Part shown: one piece after another, positions 1-10,035 of the stretch
Layout of the letters: the number at the start of each line of letters is the position of its first letter
Position numbering within the stretch: the first letter of the stretch is position 1
IMG/VR virus record: IMGVR_UViG_3300030060_004050
Coordinates: 54,539 to 118,538 of that record
Length of the DNA stretch: 64,000 nt
Strand: one strand, 5' to 3'
DNA from: a virus
The notes under the pieces: model-generated
Told to the model about the DNA's origin: nothing
Seen by the model: only the letters and a program-made list of their open reading frames with translations
Databases searched by the model: none
Translations under genes and position numbers: made by a program

Positions 1-1
1 A

Positions 2-175
2 AACATGGACATTCGAAAGCAACTATATAAAGAGAAGATGGAGCAACTTGAAGAGGAAATGACTCCGTTTGGATTTATTAATGATGGAAATTCTACAGAA
101 TATGAGATAGATTCAGATGGAACTCTATGGAAAAATATTGATGATGACTCCGGAAGAGGATTATTTGGCTGGTAA
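2..175 (+). CDS. g17: C-terminal end of terminase large subunit (partial, runs off the window start)
   Basis: Frame 2 reads NMDIRKQLYKEKMEQLEEEMTPFGFINDG...GW*, like the C-terminus of T4-like gp17 (E..M.PFGFI.DG); lies directly upstream of g18 as in T4-like synteny. Confidence 0.65.
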   Translation, partial: NMDIRKQLYKEKMEQLEEEMTPFGFINDGNSTEYEIDSDGTLWKNIDDDSGRGLFGW

Positions 176-255
176 ATGAAATACTCGATTAGTATACATA
201 AATCAGAACATAATAATTCCTACTATGAATTAAGTAAGACTCAAGGAGAATTCAC

Positions 256-2259
256 ATGGCATTTAGAGTAAGTCCCGGCGTATCCGTAACAGAGAAGGAT
301 TTCACTAATGTAATCCCTGCTGTTTCGACAACCAGAGGCGCCGCTGTAATTAACTCGGATTTTGGACCAGAAGAACAAAGAGTTCTCGTAGCAAACGAAC
401 CTGAACTTGTATCTCTCTTCGGAAAACCAAACGTAAACAACTATAGAAACTGGCTAAACGTTGCAAACTACCTCAGTTATGGTGGTTCGTGTCTCGTAGC
501 AAGAGCAACCACTACCGACTCGATGAACTCCGGATTCGGTGGATCTGGTAAGCACATTAAGAACGATGATGAATACAACACCGGATTTAGTGCAGGTGGT
601 GCTGTATATGGGACTGGAGTTGCTGCCGGTAGTGTATTCTATGGTAAGTTCCCCGGTGATCTTGGTAACTCGCTAAGAGTTGCGGTTGTTGCTGGAGTTG
701 CATCACAAGCAGGTGGTGGAACCGCACCAAACGGTATCAGAGCAAACTCTGCAACTGTTGCTGGTAGACACATGGGACTTTCTGGTTCCGCAGTCGCAAC
801 TGAAATTCTTGCAAGGACTGGTGGTACTGGTGGACAGACTGCTGCCATTGTAGGCGACACTCTTAAGATTGGAAACATCACCACTAAATTCACCGTCACT
901 GGTGTTACTCACGGTTCTGCTGGTAGTACAATCTCGTTTACACCTGCACTCAGTGACGCTACTGTTGCACTTGGAACCACTGCTGAGTGGGAATTCAAGT
1001 ATGCTAATTTCGTTGAGCGTCCTTACACCACATCTAGCCTAGAATTTGTAGGTGGTACTGGTGATCAATTTACCGTTCTAGTCGTCGATGAAGATGGTAA
1101 GTTTAACGGAACCAAGGATGAAGTTCTTGAAGTGTTCAACGGAGTTTCTCTCGCTAACGATGCTAAGGATGGAGATGGAAACTCTAACTTCTATGTTGAC
1201 ATCATCAACAAGAACTCCAAGTACATCAAAGCAGGAAACCAACTTCTAGGTGTAACTGGTGGATCTGGTGCAAACACAACCGTAGATAACGGTGCTGGTG
1301 GTGGAACTACCTTCGGTAACGTCATCCGACGATATGACTCTGGAGTTTCTGGTGCTTATGGTGCCACCTCCAGCGATACTCAACTTCTCACCGCATACAA
1401 CTTGTACTCTGATCCAGACACAGTAGATGTTTCACTGATCCTTAGTGGTGCTGCAAGTGCATCCCTCGCAGGAAGCATCGTCGATATTGCTGATGCAAGA
1501 AAAGACTGCGTTGCATTCATCTCTCCAGAAGAGGACGACTGTGTTGATGTCGATAACCTAAGCACTGGTGTTTCTAACGTCAAGGACTTTAGAAATACAC
1601 AATTCAACAAGTCTAGTTCCTACGCATTCATGGATAGTGGTTGGAAGTATCAGTATGATCGACACAACGACACTCTTCGTTGGGTTCCACTAAACGGTGA
1701 CATGGCAGGACTCTGTGCTAGAACAGATAATGTCAACGATCCTTGGTTCTCTCCTGCTGGTTTCAACCGTGGACAGGTTCGTGGTGTAGTTAAACTTGCC
1801 ATTAACCCAACACCAGAAGCACAGAGAGATGATCTCTACATCGATCAAATTAACCCTGTCGTTTCTTTCCCCGGAGAGGGAACAATCCTCTTCGGTGACA
1901 AGACTCTTCAGTCCAAGGGAAGTGCGTTTGATAGAATCAATGTTCGAAGACTCTTCATCGTCATGGAGAAAGCAATCTCCACTGCTGCGAAGTTCCAACT
2001 CTTTGAACAGAACGATGCATTTACTCGATCACAGTTCAAGAACCTCATTGAGCCATTCTTGAGAGATATTCAGGGACGAAGAGGTATTACCGACTTTAAG
2101 GTTGTTTGTGACGACACCAACAACACATCTGAAGTCGTCGATGGTAATAGATTCGTTGCAGACATCTTCGTCAAACCAACTCGTTCGATCAACTTCATCC
2201 AACTTAACTTCGTTGCTGCTCGATCTGGAGTAGATTTCAACGAAATCGCAGGTACTTGA
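256..2259 (+). CDS. g18: Tail sheath protein
   Basis: MAFRVSPGVSVTEKD N-terminus, PWFSPAGFNRG, FDRINVRRLF and RSINFIQLNFVAARSGVDF motifs; SD AAGGAG upstream. Confidence 0.97.
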   Translation: MAFRVSPGVSVTEKDFTNVIPAVSTTRGAAVINSDFGPEEQRVLVANEPELVSLFGKPNVNNYRNWLNVANYLSYGGSCLVARATTTDSMNSGFGGSGKHIKNDDEYNTGFSAGGAVYGTGVAAGSVFYGKFPGDLGNSLRVAVVAGVASQAGGGTAPNGIRANSATVAGRHMGLSGSAVATEILARTGGTGGQTAAIVGDTLKIGNITTKFTVTGVTHGSAGSTISFTPALSDATVALGTTAEWEFKYANFVERPYTTSSLEFVGGTGDQFTVLVVDEDGKFNGTKDEVLEVFNGVSLANDAKDGDGNSNFYVDIINKNSKYIKAGNQLLGVTGGSGANTTVDNGAGGGTTFGNVIRRYDSGVSGAYGATSSDTQLLTAYNLYSDPDTVDVSLILSGAASASLAGSIVDIADARKDCVAFISPEEDDCVDVDNLSTGVSNVKDFRNTQFNKSSSYAFMDSGWKYQYDRHNDTLRWVPLNGDMAGLCARTDNVNDPWFSPAGFNRGQVRGVVKLAINPTPEAQRDDLYIDQINPVVSFPGEGTILFGDKTLQSKGSAFDRINVRRLFIVMEKAISTAAKFQLFEQNDAFTRSQFKNLIEPFLRDIQGRRGITDFKVVCDDTNNTSEVVDGNRFVADIFVKPTRSINFIQLNFVAARSGVDFNEIAGT

Positions 2260-2294
2260 TCAAAGTAGGCATACATATAGAGAAGGAAACTTAA

Positions 2295-2885
2295 ATGAAC
2301 ATTAATACTTTTAAGAACAATCTAAAGCAAGGTGGAGTTCGACCGAATCTCTTCAGAGTTAACGGTCAAATCGGTCCAGAAGGGACAGACGATTCAGTTA
2401 GTTTTCTATGTAGATCTGCTGCACTACCAGCGTCAAATATGAGTACTATTCTTGTTCCTTTCCGTGGTAGACAGTTAAAACTACCCGGAAACAGAACTTT
2501 TGATGATTGGACAATCACAATCATCAGTGACAGCGAGTTCAATCTTCGCACTAAGTTTGAGCGTTGGTTCGAAGCAATCAATTCTACAATCGGAAACGTT
2601 GCAGAGCAAGCACACGACCTAAGTCAGGGAAGTTTCCTTGCTGGTGGTCTTTTCCCAACATGGAGCGTGGATCAACTAGATCGACAAAATAATCCAATCA
2701 AGACATACTCATTCTTCCACTGTTTCCCAACAGTGATTGGTGATATGGCACTTGATTCTGATGCAAGTGATACTCTCTCTGAGTTCACAGTGACACTAAG
2801 TTACTCCTACTTCTTAGCGAGTGACGCACCTGATGCCAATCTCATCGAATCCGTCGATCTCGGCGCTGTCGGTGAAATCGGTTAA
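2295..2885 (+). CDS. g19: Tail tube protein
   Basis: GGVRPNLFRV, VPFRGRQLKLPGNRTFDDWTITI motifs; follows g18. Confidence 0.95.
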   Translation: MNINTFKNNLKQGGVRPNLFRVNGQIGPEGTDDSVSFLCRSAALPASNMSTILVPFRGRQLKLPGNRTFDDWTITIISDSEFNLRTKFERWFEAINSTIGNVAEQAHDLSQGSFLAGGLFPTWSVDQLDRQNNPIKTYSFFHCFPTVIGDMALDSDASDTLSEFTVTLSYSYFLASDAPDANLIESVDLGAVGEIG

Positions 2886-2909
2886 TCAGATACAAAATGA
2901 GGATTTATA

Positions 2910-4421
2910 ATGCCAGAATTATTCGGATTTAGTTTCGGGAGAAAGAAGAATCCTGACGTACCAGTAAATGATGTAGAGTCTTTCGTCCCAAGAGATAGAG
3001 AAGATGGTGCTACAACAGTAGTATCAGGCGGTTTCTATGGATCGTATCTAGATCTCGAAGGTGATCAAAAATCAGATAGCGGATTTATCAACCACTATAG
3101 AACCATGATTCTTCAACCAGAGGTTGAGATTGCGGTTCAAGATATTGTCAACGAAAGTATTGTGTTTGATGATTACAGAACTCCTGTAAAATTAAATCTA
3201 GATCACTACGATCAAAGCAAAACAATCAAAAGTAAAGTCCAAGAAGAGTTCAAGGAAATTCTATCTCTCCTTGATTTTAATAATAAAGGTATTGACATGT
3301 ACAGGAAGTGGTTTGTTGATGGCAGACTATACTTCCACAAGGTGGTTGACGAAAAGAACACCAAAAAGGGGATCGTTGAATTACGACCTATTGATCCCAC
3401 TCGAATTAAAAAGATTCGTGAGGTTAAAAAAGAAAAAGACAATAAGGGTGTAGAAGTAGTTAAAGAGACAAACGAATTCTACATGTACGACATGTCAGAA
3501 AAGACTTCTAAGTATCAACCACAGTTCGTACAAAAGGGAATCAAAGTATCTCCCGATGCAATCTGCTACGTCACCTCCGGGTTGTTTGATTCTACTAAGA
3601 AAAAGGTAATCGGTTATCTACACAAAGCCATTCGTCCTCTGAATCAATTAAGAATGATCGAGGACTCCGTTGTCATCTATAGAATCTCCCGTGCGCCAGA
3701 AAGAAGAGTGTTCTATGTTGACGTTGGTAACCTACCCAAGAACAAAGCAGAGCAGTATCTAAAAGGTCTAATGAACCAGTATCGAAACAAACTTGTTTAC
3801 GATGCAAACACTGGTGAAATTAAAGACGACAAGAAGCATATGAATATGCTTGAGGATTACTGGTTGCCACGAAGAGAGGGTGGTAGAGGAACAGAGATCT
3901 CCACACTTGATGGTGGACAAAACCTCGGTGAAATGGAAGACGTTCAGTACTTCCAGAAGAAATTGTTCCGATCTCTCGGTATCCCTACCAGTAGACTAGA
4001 AGCCGAAAACGGTTTTAACATGGGACGAAGTGCTGAGATCACCAGAGACGAAGTTCGTTTTTCCAAGTACATCGAACGACTAAGACATCGCTTCAGTGAT
4101 CTATTCATGGATCTTCTTAAGACTCAACTCATTCTGAAAGGCGTTATTACTGCTGATGACTGGAAGCATATCAGTCAAGACGGGTACATCGAATACGCCA
4201 CTGACTCTTACTTCTCTGAACTAAAAGAATCAGAAATTCTTAAAGAAAGAATGGATGTGTTAAGAGAGGTCAATGAATACATAGGTAAGTATTACTCCAT
4301 GGAGTGGATTCGTAAAAACATCCTTAAGTTCAACGAGGATGAAATTAAGGAAATGGATGCTCAGATGTCCAGCGAAAAAGAAGGCGGACTTTACTCAGAG
4401 GGGGATGAAGGAGAACTCTAA
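2910..4421 (+). CDS. g20: Portal vertex protein
   Basis: WFVDGRLYFHK, IYRISRAPERRVFYVDVGNLPK, EDYWLPRREGGRGTEISTL motifs. Confidence 0.98.
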   Translation: MPELFGFSFGRKKNPDVPVNDVESFVPRDREDGATTVVSGGFYGSYLDLEGDQKSDSGFINHYRTMILQPEVEIAVQDIVNESIVFDDYRTPVKLNLDHYDQSKTIKSKVQEEFKEILSLLDFNNKGIDMYRKWFVDGRLYFHKVVDEKNTKKGIVELRPIDPTRIKKIREVKKEKDNKGVEVVKETNEFYMYDMSEKTSKYQPQFVQKGIKVSPDAICYVTSGLFDSTKKKVIGYLHKAIRPLNQLRMIEDSVVIYRISRAPERRVFYVDVGNLPKNKAEQYLKGLMNQYRNKLVYDANTGEIKDDKKHMNMLEDYWLPRREGGRGTEISTLDGGQNLGEMEDVQYFQKKLFRSLGIPTSRLEAENGFNMGRSAEITRDEVRFSKYIERLRHRFSDLFMDLLKTQLILKGVITADDWKHISQDGYIEYATDSYFSELKESEILKERMDVLREVNEYIGKYYSMEWIRKNILKFNEDEIKEMDAQMSSEKEGGLYSEGDEGEL

Positions 4422-5512
4422 TGTCAAACACACATGATCTAGTAAACAGTGCTTTAAATAAAAATCTACAAGAATTTAGACAGCATTTCTCTAAAGTGTT
4501 GGCAGAAAGATCTGTTGATTTTTTAGGTGCTAGATCTACAAATCTATCTAAAGAATTGGTTACCGAGTGTGAGTGTGGTTGCGATGCTCCCATAGATGAG
4601 GTAAAAACCTTACATCAAGACACCCATAAGATTAAAAAGACAAGAAATGGGTATCAGTTGTTTATCTATAGTCCAAGCACTGGTAAGTTTATCGCACAAG
4701 GACCTCCACACAAAACAAAAAGAGCAGCAGAAAAAGACGCAAGGAAGTTTCTAGAAAGTCTAGACGAAGAAAAGGCAACTTCAAGGAATATTGTCAAGGG
4801 ACTCTCTGATGCTGATGGACCGTTTACCGTTGTAGCAATCAAAAACAACAAGGTAATTAAACAAGAAGGCACCAAGATGAAAAACATGCTTCCTGCTATC
4901 GTTAAAGAGATGCGGAAAGATGTTGGTCGTGGGGTTACAATTTCCATCGAGGACAGAAAGGGAACTATTCGTAGTACCTTTAAGGAACAAAAAATCAATG
5001 AGGCAGTAAAAAGCGTTGATCAAAAAATTGCCATTAACGTATATAACAAACTAAAAAAAGGTGATAAAGTAAGAGTAAATTTTGGTAACGTAATGTCCAT
5101 GAACTCAAAACCAATCGAATTAGTTGTAACAAGTCCTCATAGAATTGTAGGTAAATCAAAAGTCGGTAGAATTATTCTCAAGAACCCAAAGAATATGGGG
5201 GGTGTAAAGTACACACTATACAACCGGGGTGGAAAAGTTTCACTCGCTCAGGGAGATATGGGAACAGTTCTTAAAGATATTCAGATTATCAAAGAATCAA
5301 ACCTCTATTCTATCGCAGAATCGGCAAGAACCAAAATGCCGGTTGATATAGATATAGATGGAAATATCGTTCACGTTACACCAGATGTATCAGAGCGAAT
5401 AGTAGACTTACACGATGAATTGAATGAATCGAATCAAAAAGACATGATCAAACTTTTAGAGTCTGATACGAGTTCATTCTTAAAACTAGTTAAATTCACT
5501 CAGGAGAGGTAA
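4421..5512 (+). CDS. Modular hypothetical protein, probable prohead core/internal protein
   Basis: 363 aa between g20 and g21, where T4 has core genes 67/68; segmented by IDE, LDEE, INE, IKES sites. Confidence 0.5.
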   Translation: MSNTHDLVNSALNKNLQEFRQHFSKVLAERSVDFLGARSTNLSKELVTECECGCDAPIDEVKTLHQDTHKIKKTRNGYQLFIYSPSTGKFIAQGPPHKTKRAAEKDARKFLESLDEEKATSRNIVKGLSDADGPFTVVAIKNNKVIKQEGTKMKNMLPAIVKEMRKDVGRGVTISIEDRKGTIRSTFKEQKINEAVKSVDQKIAINVYNKLKKGDKVRVNFGNVMSMNSKPIELVVTSPHRIVGKSKVGRIILKNPKNMGGVKYTLYNRGGKVSLAQGDMGTVLKDIQIIKESNLYSIAESARTKMPVDIDIDGNIVHVTPDVSERIVDLHDELNESNQKDMIKLLESDTSSFLKLVKFTQER

Positions 5513-5513
5513 A

Positions 5514-5942
5514 ATGGACCAAAGAGTAAACAATATTTTAAACCAAATTCTTAATGGTAATCTAGTAGAGACTAAGGATGAACTCCAGTCTGTTCTTTTC
5601 TCAAAAGCAAACATGTTCATTGAGGGTAAAAAGAAGAGCAACCTATACGGTGAGTTAGATCCAGTTGGTAAAGAAGACGACGACGTTGACAACGACGGAG
5701 ATGTCGATTCATCCGACAAGTATCTAAAGAAGCGCCGTAAGGCTATTGGTAAGTCAATGAAGAATGAGCAAAGAAGACCTGTTGGAGAACCTAGACCGGG
5801 AAGTCCTTATGGTAAGCAAGATCCATACTCCGGAATGGATCCGCGAAAACGTCGAGAGATTGGTAAGAAAAGACCTTCCGCTGCTGTAAACTTTGCAAGA
5901 GCATCAGAACTATCTGGTGGTATGCCATCATCAATGGGTTGA
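5514..5942 (+). CDS. Prohead core protein-like (gp67/gp68 position) with DxDxDG loop
   Basis: DVDNDGDVDSSDKYLKKRRKAIGK motif recalled from T4-like prohead core proteins; position; SD GGAG. Confidence 0.55.
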   Translation: MDQRVNNILNQILNGNLVETKDELQSVLFSKANMFIEGKKKSNLYGELDPVGKEDDDVDNDGDVDSSDKYLKKRRKAIGKSMKNEQRRPVGEPRPGSPYGKQDPYSGMDPRKRREIGKKRPSAAVNFARASELSGGMPSSMG

Positions 5943-5947
5943 AGTAA

Positions 5948-6343
5948 ATGAATCTATACGAAAAGTACAATCTACTAGAGCAAGGTATGCCCCCACAACT
6001 CGCAGCAATGATGGGTGGAGGTCCGGGAGGTCCGGGAGGTCCGGGAGGTCCACAGGGCCCCCCTCCTAGTATTGCAGATAAACTTTTTGATAGAGTTAGA
6101 GCATACCCAAAAATTGATTTATTCATTCAAAAGTTGCAACAAGCAGGAGTTTCAGACTCTCGTATTCTAGATGAGATCTATGAAAAATTTAAACCAGAGT
6201 TTGTTTATTTTGCTAAAGAAATAATTCAACAGGAAAACAAACCCAAACCACCTGCTGGACCTGGAGGTCCCGGTGGTATGCCTGGTATGCCTGGTATGCC
6301 TCCAATGCCTGCTGGTGAACCCATGGGTGCAGGAGGAGAATAA
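5948..6343 (+). CDS. Gly/Pro/Met-rich hypothetical protein with capsid-targeting-like N-terminus
   Basis: MNLYEKYNLLEQ leader; GPGGPGG and GMP repeats (9-bp units at about 6018-6050 and 6274-6300). Confidence 0.6.
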   Translation: MNLYEKYNLLEQGMPPQLAAMMGGGPGGPGGPGGPQGPPPSIADKLFDRVRAYPKIDLFIQKLQQAGVSDSRILDEIYEKFKPEFVYFAKEIIQQENKPKPPAGPGGPGGMPGMPGMPPMPAGEPMGAGGE

Positions 6344-6347
6344 TCAA

Positions 6348-6992
6348 ATGAAACTAATTACAGAAACAACTGAAGACATTAAACTCATCAAAGAAAATGT
6401 AGAGGGTGGTAATCCAAACTATTACATTAGTGGTGTGTTTATGCAAGCCGAACAAAAGAACCGAAACGGGAGAATCTATCCCAAAGATGTTCTCATGAAC
6501 GAAATTAAAAAGTATAATCAAGACTTTGTTTCGGGAAAGAGAGCATTTGGTGAACTTGGACATCCGGACGGTCCAACCGTAAACCTAGAAAGAGTATCCC
6601 ACCTTATTACAGATTTACATGAAAATGGCGATGATGTGATGGGTAAAGCAAAAATCATGGACACCCCCATGGGTAAGATTGTAAAGAATCTTCTTGATGA
6701 AGGCGCTCAACTTGGAGTTTCCTCCCGAGGAATGGGTAGTTTAGAAGAAAAAGGTGGTAAGAAAATCGTAGGTAAAGATTTTATGCTTGCTGCCGTTGAT
6801 ATTGTCGCAGATCCATCTGCACCAAATGCATTCGTCGATGGAATCATGGAAGGTAAAGAGTGGATTTGGGACAATGGTATGATCAAAGAGTCTACCATTG
6901 CTGGATATAAGAACATAATCAATAAAGCAAGTCAAAGAACAGAAGACGATATCGCAACTTTCTGTTTTGCCGACTTTTTGTCCAAATTATAA
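6348..6992 (+). CDS. g21: Prohead core protease
   Basis: MKLITE, NRNGRIYP, GELGHP, GVSSRGMGSL, DIVADPSAPNAFV motifs; start moved to ATG 6348. Confidence 0.97.
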   Translation: MKLITETTEDIKLIKENVEGGNPNYYISGVFMQAEQKNRNGRIYPKDVLMNEIKKYNQDFVSGKRAFGELGHPDGPTVNLERVSHLITDLHENGDDVMGKAKIMDTPMGKIVKNLLDEGAQLGVSSRGMGSLEEKGGKKIVGKDFMLAAVDIVADPSAPNAFVDGIMEGKEWIWDNGMIKESTIAGYKNIINKASQRTEDDIATFCFADFLSKL

Positions 6993-6997
6993 AAAAG

Positions 6998-7005
6998 TAT
7001 AAATA
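6998..7005 (+). promoter_or_regulatory. T4-type late promoter TATAAATA (g22)
   Basis: Exact gp55 consensus, intergenic, upstream of g22. Confidence 0.85.
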
Positions 7006-7039
7006 AACCTATAAGTACCAAAACTAAGGAGAATCTCCA

Positions 7040-8398
7040 ATGAACAGTGTAATTAACAGCGCCCGAAACCTTATGGAGCGGGCACAGCAAGAATCGGCAA
7101 AACGATCAGACGGTAGAGTTGATTTAGTAATCTCTGAACTCAACTCTATGGGCGTTTCTGATCAGTACATCGGCGGTGTTTTAGAAAGACTTTCAGTCTT
7201 CGACAACGAGTCCGACCTCGCAGAAGCAATCGACAGAGAACTTTACAAGGCAGCACAGTTCGCTCTTATGGAAGACGACGAAGAGGATGCTACTGGTAAG
7301 GGTTCTGAGGATGCTTCCGGTAAAGGTGCTGTCTTTGCTCGTCCCGTTGCAAAGCAGGACGCAGCAAGCACCCTAAAGGGTAAAAAGAAGAAGAAGATGG
7401 AAATGGCTCATGAGGGTTACCATGAAGATGCTCACGCTTCCATGGAAGATCCTGATGACGAAAAGAAGAGAATCAAGATGATGGCCGCGTACATGAAAGA
7501 GTACGGTGGTGGTATGAAGGAAATGCACCACGGTAAGAAGAAGATGAACGCTGGTTACCATAAAGAGATGGCTCATGGTGGTAAAAAGAAGATGAACGCA
7601 GGTCACATGATGAATGCTGGACACAGCATGAAGATGGAGCATCTCGACGCTCTGTTCTCCGGCGAAGATCTAACCCCAGAGTTCAAGGCAAAGACTGCTG
7701 CAATCTTTGAAGCAGCAGTTAACGCTAGAGTTGAAGAAGTTCAAGCAGAACTAGTTCGTCAGTCAAGAGACGTATTCGTAGAGGAAGTCACTTCTGCAAA
7801 GGCAGATATGGCAGAAAAACTAGACGATTACATGAACTATGTTGTCTCTGAGTGGATGAGCGAAAACGAACTCGCCATTGATTCTGGTATTCAGACTGAA
7901 GTTACTGAGTCATTCATGACTGGTCTTCGTGATCTCTTTGAGAGTCACTACATCGAAGTTCCTGAAAGCAAGGTTGATTTGGTTGATGCACTTACCAGCA
8001 AGGTAGATGCTCTTACTGAAAAACTCAACGAGAGCATTCATGAAAACGTTCAACTAAGCAACGCAAAGACTGTATCAAACTGTGATGCACTCTTTGAAGC
8101 CGCTTGTCACGGACTAGCAGCAACCGAAGTTGAAAAGTTTAAGTCCCTCGCAAGAGGTATTGAATATCGAACCGAGGATGAGTTTGCTACCAAACTAGCA
8201 ACCATCAAGGAAAGTTACTTTAACAGTTCAGCAAGAGGCGTTTCCGGACTTCTCACTGAAACAGTTGAAGACTACACTCTACCCTCGAACGCAGTCGCCT
8301 CTACTCCTATCGTAGAGAATCTAGATCCAAGAATGTCTGCGTACTTCAACAGCGTTGGTAGACTCGCTGATCACGAACGCCAGAACTCACAGTCGTAA
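7040..8398 (+). CDS. g22: Prohead core scaffold protein, with N-terminal extension and His/Met/Lys-rich insert
   Basis: LDALFSGEDLTPEFKAKTAAIFEAAV, LDDYMNYVVSEW, YIEVPESKVDLV motifs; lies between g21 and g23. Confidence 0.9.
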   Translation: MNSVINSARNLMERAQQESAKRSDGRVDLVISELNSMGVSDQYIGGVLERLSVFDNESDLAEAIDRELYKAAQFALMEDDEEDATGKGSEDASGKGAVFARPVAKQDAASTLKGKKKKKMEMAHEGYHEDAHASMEDPDDEKKRIKMMAAYMKEYGGGMKEMHHGKKKMNAGYHKEMAHGGKKKMNAGHMMNAGHSMKMEHLDALFSGEDLTPEFKAKTAAIFEAAVNARVEEVQAELVRQSRDVFVEEVTSAKADMAEKLDDYMNYVVSEWMSENELAIDSGIQTEVTESFMTGLRDLFESHYIEVPESKVDLVDALTSKVDALTEKLNESIHENVQLSNAKTVSNCDALFEAACHGLAATEVEKFKSLARGIEYRTEDEFATKLATIKESYFNSSARGVSGLLTETVEDYTLPSNAVASTPIVENLDPRMSAYFNSVGRLADHERQNSQS

Positions 8399-8470
8399 AT
8401 TTTAAAATTACTATATAAAAAGAACTCATAAACAGGTCTTTAACAACAGACAAACAAGGAGAATCATCAA

Positions 8471-9958
8471 ATGAGTAATCTCGAAACCGCAGCCCAGTTC
8501 TTGGGTGAGAAATGGAAGCCCATCATTGAGCATCCAAGTCTTCCCGCCATTAAGGACTCATATAGAAAGAACGTCACAACCGTTCTTCTTGAGAACCAAG
8601 AGAAGGCACTTCAAGAGCAGGCTAACAACATTGTAGGTGGCGGTATGTCGCCTGTCGTAGGTAGTGAAGGTGAGATTAAGGGTTTCGATCCTATTCTTAT
8701 CTCGCTCGTTCGTCGTGCTATGCCTAACCTAATGGCATACGATATCTGTGGTGTTCAGCCAATGACTGGACCTACTGGACTTATCTTCGCACTTCGTGCT
8801 AAGTTTGCCACACAGGATGGTACTGAAGCCCTCTTCAACGAACCTGACTTTACCTTCTCCGGTTCTACCAGTGCAACTGGTGGTACTGGTATCACTCACG
8901 GTGCTTCCGGTACTGATGGTGATCCAATTGGTCAAGCAGCATTCCGAGATGGTGCTAGTGCTGATGGTAACGCCAACTCTTACTCCGGTGCTACCGTACA
9001 GGGTGGTCTTTCTACTTCTGTCGGTGAAGTCCTTGGTGCATCTGGTAACTTCGTATTCCCAGAGATGGCATTCAGCATCGAGCGAACCTCGGTTGAAGCC
9101 AAGACTCGCGCCCTCAAGGCAGAGTACACCACTGAACTCGCACAGGACCTCAAGGCTGTTCACGGACTAGACGCTGAGACTGAACTTGCTAACATCCTTA
9201 GCACCGAAGTCCTTGCTGAAATCAACCGTGAAGTCATCCGTACCATCTACCGAATTGCTAAACTTGGTGCCCAGCAGAGTGATCTCTACTTTGGACCAGG
9301 TGGTACTACAACTGCTGGTGCCCTCAAGGCAGCAACTGGTGGTGGTGCAACCGCTATCGCAACTGCTGGACTCGGTGGTATCTACGACCTCGACAAGGAC
9401 TCTGACGGACGTTGGAGTGCTGAGAGATTCCGTGGACTCCAGTTCCAGTTAGAGCGTGAAGCCAACCAGATCGCTAAGGATACTCGTCGTGGTAAGGGTA
9501 ACTTCGTCATCGTCACTGCTGACGTTGCTTCCGCCCTCGCTATGAGTGGTTTCCTTCAGATCTCCGGTGCTGCTGGACTCGAAGGTGAAGTTGATGACAC
9601 TGGTAACACCTTTGTCGGTACTCTCAACGGTAAACTCAAGGTTTACATCGATCCATACTCTGCTGGTACTAACTACGCATGTGTGGGTTACAGAGGTACT
9701 TCACCTTATGACGCTGGACTGTTCTACTGTCCATACGTCCCACTCCAGATGGTTCGCGCCGTTGGTGAGAACGACTTCCAGCCTCGTATCGGGTTCAAGA
9801 CTCGTTACGGAATGGTAATGAACCCATTCGCTGGTGGTACTAACGCCTACGCTGATCTCGAACCTTCGAGCGATGCCGCACTTCGAAAGAACCAGTACTT
9901 CCGTATCTTCCGTATTGACGGACTCCACGGTGGACAGGTAATCTCGCCAGGTATCTGA
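8471..9958 (+). CDS. g23: Major capsid protein
   Basis: DPILISLVRRAMPNL, GVQPMTGPTGLIFA, RALKAEYTTELAQDLKAVHGLDAE, GLFYCPYVPLQ, FQPRIGFKTRYG. Confidence 0.99.
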   Translation: MSNLETAAQFLGEKWKPIIEHPSLPAIKDSYRKNVTTVLLENQEKALQEQANNIVGGGMSPVVGSEGEIKGFDPILISLVRRAMPNLMAYDICGVQPMTGPTGLIFALRAKFATQDGTEALFNEPDFTFSGSTSATGGTGITHGASGTDGDPIGQAAFRDGASADGNANSYSGATVQGGLSTSVGEVLGASGNFVFPEMAFSIERTSVEAKTRALKAEYTTELAQDLKAVHGLDAETELANILSTEVLAEINREVIRTIYRIAKLGAQQSDLYFGPGGTTTAGALKAATGGGATAIATAGLGGIYDLDKDSDGRWSAERFRGLQFQLEREANQIAKDTRRGKGNFVIVTADVASALAMSGFLQISGAAGLEGEVDDTGNTFVGTLNGKLKVYIDPYSAGTNYACVGYRGTSPYDAGLFYCPYVPLQMVRAVGENDFQPRIGFKTRYGMVMNPFAGGTNAYADLEPSSDAALRKNQYFRIFRIDGLHGGQVISPGI

Positions 9959-9975
9959 TAAACTAGGATGAATGA

Positions 9976-10005
9976 GGGGGAGTCCTTCGGGACTCCCCCC
10001 TTTCC
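9976..10005 (+). terminator. Intrinsic terminator after g23
   Basis: GGGGGAGTCC-TTCG-GGACTCCCCC 10-bp stem with C(UUCG)G tetraloop, then a short T run. Confidence 0.85.
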
Positions 10006-10035
10006 TGGCTTATAAAAAAAAGAAAGGATACTAAG

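Noticed and set aside
6018-6300. 9-bp tandem repeats (ggaggtccg, ggtatgcct)
   Set aside because: These are in-frame coding repeats for GGP/GMP; the unit is a multiple of three, so it is not a phase-variation or CRISPR element
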